Shown here in pieces: positions 49,101-55,584 of a stretch of 55,584 bases of DNA. Both the position numbers and the translations under genes were made by a program. The stretch covers positions 1-55,584 of the forward strand of contig LT635919.1 in assembly GCA_900128565.1 (NCBI GenBank), read 5' to 3'. The DNA is from Stramenopiles sp. TOSAG23-6. Lineage: Eukaryota. The notes under the pieces are model-generated. The model worked only from the letters and a program-made list of their open reading frames with translations, was not told the origin of the DNA and did no database searches. Each line of letters opens with the position of its first letter. The stretch's first letter is position 1.

Positions 49101-51825
49101 ATTCAGTCAATGTCGAAGTACTGGCAAGACACTGCAATGCAGAGTTCAAAAAGCACGTATTACCTAAGTTAAACAAACCTACGCGACCTCGTTTCCTATT
49201 TTTATTTTTCCCATTTTGATCTTCATTATTATCCTTATATTGAGTCGGAGTTTTCATCAATGATTGTTTCAAACTATCACAAGTATTTACATTCGAAAAT
49301 ATGTTTTGAAGATTAACTAAATTTTTCTGCCAAATAGGTAACTTTGTTGAGTCTTCACTGACTAATGAGGTTGTGTCTACTATTACAATGCTGCCATCTA
49401 AAATATTTTCTCCTTTAAAAGTTGTTTCTTTCGTTTGTAGCCTTTTAAAATGATCACACGATATAGTATCGACTTCTTCACCATCATTCGTTTCATGTCC
49501 TTCATATAACCAAATTTTCATTCTTTCTTTCACCTTTTCTTCATAAAAAAAGTTAGAGGCAAAATTCATCAAGTCATCCATCTTGGCAGTTACAGAAAAT
49601 GATTTTTTTGTTTGATTCCAAAAATGTAAACGACCAAAATAATCAATAAAGAACAATGTAATATTTAAAGGAAACACTTCTAAATCATAGATATAATCTC
49701 CATCATCATTTGAATTAAGTGTCTTCATTGTCGATCGAGAAATCGGATCACCATTGATAGATCGATAACCATACCAAGAGGATAAAGCATTCCACACAAT
49801 ACTATTGACTACCATGTAATCTTTTCCAAAAAGCAAATTAGACTGTAAAATAGGATTAATAGTGTCTACTTTTAATTTCCCACTCGCAATGTCAACAGCT
49901 GCGGTCATCAACCTATCTGTCATACCAAACTGTTTCAATCGCATCGCTTTATACTTACCGACTGTTTTACTTATAATACCCCGAAATTCTTTTGATACAT
50001 TTACATGTCTATTATTTTGTTTTGGAGATGAATTATTTGCAGTATTCGAAAACCCTTTGTTTACACATGTTTCTAATGGAACACATAACTCAACCAAATT
50101 AATATTTCCAGGTGTTTTTTTACTTTTATTATCCAGACAATATCTATGAAATTCTTCTACTAGAGCTTCACGCTGTTTACTATTCAAACTGATACCAGAT
50201 GGTTTATCTTTTGTTTGTTGTAAAAAATCTAAATACGGAAAATTAACAAAATTACACCAAACTTTCCACCAATTGGATGGTACAATATACCACGTTTCAT
50301 TTTCGGAAAAACAATGCACTGTACAATCCACAAATATCGCTTTTATTAATCTACATTCTTCTTGTAATGAATTTGGCTTTATCCCAAGAGTACAGTGTAT
50401 AACATCTTGAATTTGTTGAAAAACATTTAATAAAATTGGATATTTTTCTGTAAAAGATAAGAACACTTCAAAAGAGAATAAAGCATTCTTATTTGTATGA
50501 TCAATACTAGGACAGGAGTTCAACAATACATTGTATAAATTAGTTCCCAAATCAAGAGAAATCGGATTTTTCTCATTTTGTTTGCTTTTATCATTATCAA
50601 CTTTCCCACTATTTCTCTTATGATATTCTAAAGTCATTGAATACGATATAAGAGATTTTACATTATCCAAAGACAAATTTCCATCTTTATCCGAATCAAA
50701 TAGTTCAAAGTAGAATTTTAATTGATCCTGAACGTCACCTTTACATAATTTAGATACTACATTAATAAAGCGAATTTCACTGACTTCTTCATTTTCGAAC
50801 AATAAATTACCTGAGCCAAATAAACGACTAATGAATATTTCAAAACTTGCTTTACCATTGATATTTTCCTTCATTTTTGTATTTGTATATTTTGCACTGG
50901 GTAATATAAAAAACTGTAGTAAACACTGAATATCAATAATTCCAGAAGCACTTTCGTCTCGTAAAACATCAAAATATTCCTGAAGTCTAAAAATTTCACT
51001 CCTACTAAAATTTGTACAATGCTCCAAACTTTGTGCAATATCTTTACGGTATGGATGAGTTGGACGATGAAAGCGACGAAGTCTTTTCTCCCGTTCAAAT
51101 TCAGTAGCATCTGGCGGAGTTTGAACGAATGCGTGAATTACAACTGCAAACCAAGAAAATAAAGGAGTTTTCGGATTTTCTTTACAGAAAGTCAAGAAAT
51201 GATCCCGTGAAATAAATGAGCGTGAAAGTTGATGATGCCCAATCAACCTAAATGATTCATTGCTATTAAGAGAACTATTCGCAACAATATAAGAACTGTT
51301 TCTGTTGTTTGAAGATTTTGTAGCTGAAGAATATCTTTTGGAAAATAACTTATAAAGCGACTTCCTGAAATTATGTTGTGGATAAACTTCACGTAGAACA
51401 CAGAAAAACTTAATCATTACTTCTTGTGTCAATTCACCTTCGCCACTTATGTCATAAATCTTGTACAATAAGAGTATCCTTTCTGTATACGTACCTAATA
51501 GTAACAAAGCGATACCCACTAGAAATTCCGTGGATGAAATGTAACCTTTTCTATCATGGTCCAACGCTGCAAAAATTCTATCGGTTATGAAATATGGCAT
51601 TAAAGGAAAATGTTCCCGAAACAAAATGCTAAAACCATCTGGGTGTACACGTTGAGACTGTGATTGTTTGGTGGGAGAATTATGGAACTGGCGTGGTGAA
51701 TTTGTTTGAGAATTACTAGTACGAGATAAGCGTAGAAAAACAGAAAGCCAACGACGAGTTTCTCTAGGACCTAGCCGTCGCTTAGCAGTATCAATATCTA
51801 TTATATGTGAATGAGACTGACCCAT
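46162..51825 (-). CDS. USP32-like ubiquitin C-terminal hydrolase (EF-hands + DUSP + USP)
   Basis: MGQ myristoylation-type start at 51825; EF-hands (DHDRKG, DISGEG, DSDKDG); GLFNLGNTCFLNSALQ, QQDAQE and HFGQLGAGHY. Confidence 0.92.
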   Translation of the reverse strand: MGQSHSHIIDIDTAKRRLGPRETRRWLSVFLRLSRTSNSQTNSPRQFHNSPTKQSQSQRVHPDGFSILFREHFPLMPYFITDRIFAALDHDRKGYISSTEFLVGIALLLLGTYTERILLLYKIYDISGEGELTQEVMIKFFCVLREVYPQHNFRKSLYKLFSKRYSSATKSSNNRNSSYIVANSSLNSNESFRLIGHHQLSRSFISRDHFLTFCKENPKTPLFSWFAVVIHAFVQTPPDATEFEREKRLRRFHRPTHPYRKDIAQSLEHCTNFSRSEIFRLQEYFDVLRDESASGIIDIQCLLQFFILPSAKYTNTKMKENINGKASFEIFISRLFGSGNLLFENEEVSEIRFINVVSKLCKGDVQDQLKFYFELFDSDKDGNLSLDNVKSLISYSMTLEYHKRNSGKVDNDKSKQNEKNPISLDLGTNLYNVLLNSCPSIDHTNKNALFSFEVFLSFTEKYPILLNVFQQIQDVIHCTLGIKPNSLQEECRLIKAIFVDCTVHCFSENETWYIVPSNWWKVWCNFVNFPYLDFLQQTKDKPSGISLNSKQREALVEEFHRYCLDNKSKKTPGNINLVELCVPLETCVNKGFSNTANNSSPKQNNRHVNVSKEFRGIISKTVGKYKAMRLKQFGMTDRLMTAAVDIASGKLKVDTINPILQSNLLFGKDYMVVNSIVWNALSSWYGYRSINGDPISRSTMKTLNSNDDGDYIYDLEVFPLNITLFFIDYFGRLHFWNQTKKSFSVTAKMDDLMNFASNFFYEEKVKERMKIWLYEGHETNDGEEVDTISCDHFKRLQTKETTFKGENILDGSIVIVDTTSLVSEDSTKLPIWQKNLVNLQNIFSNVNTCDSLKQSLMKTPTQYKDNNEDQNGKNKNRKRGRVGLFNLGNTCFLNSALQCLASTSTLTEYFLREQHLHDINTVNKWGMRGEIAMAYASLVSKMWNTRKSSISPSSFLRTMGRFQPRFSSYEQQDAQELLSFLLTGLSEDLNRVSRRNSQHMQMKDSDGRSDAEVAAEWWNNHISRELSIITALFTGQFKSVLTCCTCGKERARFETFQGLIQLDLPDPVKKTISITVMYKAPQIIWGNRTLLRCSISVSLHCSTRIILHKLSRLLSKDEDYQDNTESDTSEDENEXETIDRGIWVLAALKGKKIIRIANHSDSLKTLCVGADRLVAYEMHPYTELEQNAIHANEIPYEECSKDNLSRHNSIHNESNISSTPEIESKCRTSCSDIENTIRPFSRSSSFGSPGKIGSILSSSTGIISPAAWRREQLKSKIEENSSIIQSTTPNEIHMLNKSEINTPPNHDVFYESSRSIGEESPEVKEQITPTLGLTAYSRNSRTLAFTTGIVVDVQDNGKTVSIRCSNGDLHHHLPCESLIYRAALPIYVLFVQRIFTIATIYATKPCHRQLSGIPFIYRCFPSSLTGFSLYKYVWHRLLHLRRNASTLKIPEASICEGTKSEEVSKQWGFTLKYLDIENSSGCVRIIDTKNSKRRMHRNNNTRRGNTTTTNVSRVSSWLNPNEMNELIMPTLEQEKLIFEGYLIAVDWSENIIDETLNKGEAHKSAIHPSVARHVYKDAKDLTVEHCLDRFIEEEIIDDLFCSKCTANQSQTTAKTSEKSDIQNTKEIVKVSDCAIVNAGIDKLSTKNNSVDSSTEKNNSVDSSTEKSNSVDSSTEKNNSVDSSTEKNNRVDSSSACPIFSPHMKKMNLWRLPEVLVIQLKRFRHHRGVIQKINKFVKFPVEGLDMSPFMVSNDTNEDTGMNNIKMVEKVDKKPRSPGSFIEPMPLEVSRMDCLYDLYAVVSHFGQLGAGHYVAYTKNPTDGNWTFFNDNNYQHVKETAVINRMAYLLFYRKRSSSNCKLENIFQLRDQDNETFSALRDDDENSCSVQ
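46746..46890 (-). repeat. 30-nt coding tandem repeat x5 (KNNSVDSSTE)
   Basis: gtagaagaatcaacactattatttttttca units. Confidence 0.95.
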
Positions 51826-52630
51826 TTTGATGACCAGTACCGTCGGTATTCGATGCTCTCGATGCTCTCGCCCACAAACCTCTTTTGTCTGGTGAGATAT
51901 TATTGTATTACGAGTAGCAAATAACACCGGAGGTCAAATGAATCTCAAGTCAAATAGTTAGAATATATAGATTTCGTGTGATATCCAAATATCCCGACTA
52001 TTACTTTATCTAAACCTAATTGCTCTGTTATCAGTATTAGGATAGAATATCAATGTTTCAGTAATTGATATGGTATGTACAAAAGTAATAATCTATCTCC
52101 ACTTACAGATGATTGTAGTGATGATTAGTAAAGTTTTTAGAGTGGGTATGTTACTCTTTATTTGTTAATTGATAAAAATAAAGTGGTGTTATTCAAACTT
52201 GTATTGTTGTTCAAATGTTACTGGTTGTTTACATACTAAGACCACGAGAAGAAGCCGAATCAAATCAGTAATTATCTCCGAATCAAAATAATAATCCCGA
52301 ATCAGATCTAGTCACAAACCTGTTCATTTTCTCAATCTAACTCTCCCCCAGTTATGATACACCCGGAATTATACTTACATTATTCATATAATTGCGAGTA
52401 TCATAACTCCAAAAATTAGAAAAATAATTTTCGTATCTTATTGTATGTGTTGTAATAATATTGTTGTAAAGCTAAATCATGAAAACTATTGATGTACATT
52501 TTTCCATTAAAAATTGTTCACTACGGTGTGTAGGATAATCAACGCTAAAAGGTACTAGGAATGTACATCTCATTTAGACGTTAAATACATTGTACATGGT
52601 ACAATGTCGTTTTCAAACGAAATGCTATCT

Positions 52631-54535
52631 TCATCTTGAAAAGTTAAAATCAAAGTCCTCAACTAAATTTTCAATCGCTAGGGCACTTGACATTTCTCTC
52701 AAAAGTAATTCATCGATTTGTTTTGCAGTTTTGTATACATCGTATTTGCAAGAATAAAGTCTTTGCACAAGCAATCTCGTTGCTTTAAATTTTAAAATAA
52801 TATGTATATGTCCTTGTATAATTTTCTTAGGCATTATGACATGATCTTGAGGATCGTAATGTACTCGTTCAAACTGATGTATCTCATTGTATGGATATCT
52901 GTCAGTGTTGAATTTAAACATACGAACTAAACATATTCTCCAGAAATGTGAGGGCATGATTGTAGTCGTTAAGACTGTCCAATTAGGACTTGTAAAAGTT
53001 CTTTTAAAATCATTCATTACCTCCTCTCGAAGAATATTGTCACTTACATATCTATTCATAAAAATTTCAAAATTTTCATAACTTACCTTTTCCAACGTAC
53101 TGGTGCGTATTTGAAATAGATCTAAAATCCGTGCTGTGAAATTTTGATTCAAAGCAATACGTAAACTACGAATATGATTTGGACGATGAGCAAATTTAAG
53201 ATCAGGATTAACAGTCCACATATGTATTCCACATTTATGACATTTGGACATGAGTGTACGAATCTTATTATTCTTAAAATTTAAACGTTCGATAATTTTC
53301 CAAGATGATCCGCAATCACAATATCCTGATGCAATTGTTTTACTGTTGTGAATACTTTGCGACGAATATTTACACACAGATATGCCGTGTTTACCAACGC
53401 TTATTGGTATAGACATATATGTTTTTCTTCGCTCAATGTACTTATTTGGTTTTATATTTGATCTAACAAATTGAATAAAAGATCTGTTTAGACACAAATT
53501 CTCGATATGATTTATCGCATCTTTTCTTTTTAAATTTTCTCTTCCAAAACGTACATAAAATTTACCGTTGAATGTCGTATCATATATCTTTCCTTTTCTT
53601 ACTTCGATAAAATCTATTATCAGATATATTATAACTTCCGGTATATTTTTAAAACGTGTTTGATTGTAAGGTCCTATNNNNNNNNNNNNNNNNNNNNNNN
53701 NNNNNNNNNNNNNNNNNNNNNNNNNNNNNNNNNNNNNNNNNNNNNNNNNNNNNNNNNNNNNNNNNNNNNNNNNNNNNNNNNNNNNNNNNNNNNNNNNNNN
53801 NNGTTTTGAGTTGTCAAGTTTAGTAGATCTAGGATCAGAATATTCGATGTCACATATCCTACAATAATTGTTGGATGTGTGCATAAAGTTATGTCGTAAA
53901 AATGGATAGTTTATCAGTATATTCAGACATAATTTATGAAACAGACATTTTTCATGTATATCTATTTCTTCGAAAGACATAATTATAAAATCTTGACAGA
54001 ATAATTCGCATACTGAACATTTGATAAAGTTTCGTATATTTATCGGCGTAAAAATACTGAAGTTGGTGCATTGACATAGTAAAGTATTTTGAATCCATTC
54101 GCTTCCGTTTTTATAAACATGAATTCTATTCGAACATTTTTTACATTTTGTTTTCTTAGATAATTTTTGATTTTTGAGTATTTTATCCCTGATAAAATCT
54201 GAGTGTCTATAATTTTTCGAATTCAATTTATCGTTTTCTGGATACTGTCCATTAAGGATATGTTCCCAGACTCGTGACCATGTCCTTTGGTATCTTCCAA
54301 ACTGTTCCATGTCTCTTTTCCACTTAGTGAACACGTTGGAAGTTTTGGGAGTTGAATGTCTTCTGAGTAAGTACCTATTTCTATTGCATAAACTGCACAT
54401 ATGACCTTGAAACTTTCGAAATTTCATTGTCTCATGAGTTGGTTTTACAATGTAATTGCGAGAGAAAGTCTCGCATGCTTTCAAATAGCTCTTTTCACCA
54501 TCTGCTTCAGATAATTGGGGTTCCTTAGTCTCCAT
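52631..54535 (-). CDS. Unknown Cys-rich protein (spans an N gap), possible retroelement accessory ORF
   Basis: Long open frames on both sides of gap 53678-53802, with several CxxC pairs. Continuity across the gap is unproven. Confidence 0.55.
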   Translation of the reverse strand: METKEPQLSEADGEKSYLKACETFSRNYIVKPTHETMKFRKFQGHMCSLCNRNRYLLRRHSTPKTSNVFTKWKRDMEQFGRYQRTWSRVWEHILNGQYPENDKLNSKNYRHSDFIRDKILKNQKLSKKTKCKKCSNRIHVYKNGSEWIQNTLLCQCTNFSIFTPINIRNFIKCSVCELFCQDFIIMSFEEIDIHEKCLFHKLCLNILINYPFLRHNFMHTSNNYCRICDIEYSDPRSTKLDNSKXXXXXXXXXXXXXXXXXXXXXXXXXXXXXXXXXXXXXXXXXXIGPYNQTRFKNIPEVIIYLIIDFIEVRKGKIYDTTFNGKFYVRFGRENLKRKDAINHIENLCLNRSFIQFVRSNIKPNKYIERRKTYMSIPISVGKHGISVCKYSSQSIHNSKTIASGYCDCGSSWKIIERLNFKNNKIRTLMSKCHKCGIHMWTVNPDLKFAHRPNHIRSLRIALNQNFTARILDLFQIRTSTLEKVSYENFEIFMNRYVSDNILREEVMNDFKRTFTSPNWTVLTTTIMPSHFWRICLVRMFKFNTDRYPYNEIHQFERVHYDPQDHVIMPKKIIQGHIHIILKFKATRLLVQRLYSCKYDVYKTAKQIDELLLREMSSALAIENLVEDFDFNFSR

Positions 54536-54608
54536 TGAGATTTGTTACGTTTCCGTTAACTTTCGACCGGTAACTTTTCGACTTTTCAAAATATGAAAAT
54601 CTCCTAAC

Positions 54609-54649
54609 TAGGGTTAGGGTCTTGAAGAATAGTCTCGGGGTTAGGGTTA
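54609..54649 (+). promoter_or_regulatory. Two telo-box-like motifs
   Basis: tagggttagggt and gggttagggtta lie 75-115 nt from the ATG at 54535. Confidence 0.4.
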
Positions 54650-54959
54650 AAAAAAAAAAATTTTGTATTAATTGTCCTATTCTCCTAAATGTTATTATTA
54701 CAATTAAAATTGTTACTTCGTCCAATTATTGTAATAAGTTCCTCTTTCTAAGTGTTCTGATGTACCGTTTATCTGAAATTCATGTTGATGATGTATATAG
54801 AAGTATTAAAGAATGCAATGTGAGTAGAAAAATAAAATTTTTCAGTATTTGATTTTTAAAAAAATATGATTAGGTTTCCCCAATTTAGAAAATTTGTACT
54901 TAAATTTGTAAGTATAAATAAACTAAATTTTGTTATTTTAAAAATAAAATAGTTTGATA

Positions 54960-55584
54960 TTATTCTAAAGATGAAGGTGGAGAATAGTTTATACTCTTAA
55001 CCTTATTGGAGTTGTGCATTAATTCATCATTTGATTCCGAAGTCGAGTGAACGGTATATTTGTCAAAATTTTCGTTCCGAAATCTGCGATGTTTGCTGCT
55101 GTTGGTACTCGACGGATGTCGAATGCCTTTGAGTTTGTTTCTTGGNNNNNNNNNNNNNNNNNNNNNNNNNNNNNNNNNNNNNNNNNNNNNNNNNNNNNNN
55201 NNNNNNNNNNNNNNNNNNNNNNNNNNNNNNNNNNNNNNNNNNNNNNNNNNNNNNNNNNNNNNNNNNNNNNNNNNNNNNNNNNNNNNNNNNNNNNNNNNNN
55301 NNNNNNNNNNNNNNTTCAAATCTATTACTAATCTGCGACACCATTTTAAAGTTTTCATCAGATCAACTAATGCTATCAGTTCTGCCTCAGCTGTATGCTG
55401 TGCAATAACTGTTTGCCTTCTTGAACGCCACCAAATAGGTGAGCCATGACATAATGCTATCATTGAGCTTGTGCTTTTTACAGAAGGTAGTTCAGCGTAA
55501 TTGCTGTCTGCGAAACCTGCTAATAAGTCGTTGATGTCGACAAATGTTGGTATGTCTCCATCTATGGGAGGCGGTTGTCTGCCA
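54960..55584 (-). mobile_element. Ty1/copia LTR retrotransposon pol, RNase H region (partial, gapped)
   Basis: GFADSNYA...KSTSS...GSPIWWRSRRQTVIAQHTAEAELIAL matches the copia RNase H pattern (DSDWA...STSG...W.S.KQ..VA.ST.EAEY.A). Confidence 0.9.

Noticed and set aside
51826-51927. N-terminal extension of the USP gene
   Set aside because: It starts at GTG; the ATG at 51825 gives an MG start typical of myristoylated EF-hand USPs.
55047-55449. ORFs spanning the N gap
   Set aside because: They are open only because of the Ns; only the copia frame has motif support.

Overview
AT-rich, gene-dense, intron-poor eukaryotic nuclear DNA. It probably comes from a flagellated protist (inferred from ODAD1-like and CFAP70-like genes and TTAGGG motifs) and contains assembly gaps. 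About 25 protein genes are supportable: a partial formin, a C2+PX protein, GPAT, a methyltransferase-ArsJ fusion, a MAP3K, JMJD6, WDR36/Utp21, an ODAD1-like protein, an ER thioredoxin-family protein, bacterial-type FadH and formate dehydrogenase, a 2091-aa Cys-rich surface protein, TPR and LRR proteins, CFAP70, eEFSec and a USP32-like protein. A Ty1/copia fragment with a possible extra ORF ends the window. The strongest finding is a family of related ~100-nt introns in two unrelated genes (formin 439-546, eEFSec 44628-44728). Both must be removed to restore a conserved frame, yet neither has a usable AG acceptor. They read GT...AT (or AT...AC), carry short terminal inverted repeats, an AT duplication and an identical 20-nt branch-point core, which points to non-canonical introner elements. 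Also notable: an insertion of exactly two LRR units (144 nt) in intergenic DNA, a ~220-nt duplication flanking the Cys-rich gene, and a structured element in the JMJD6 intron. All family assignments come from motif recognition, not database searches.
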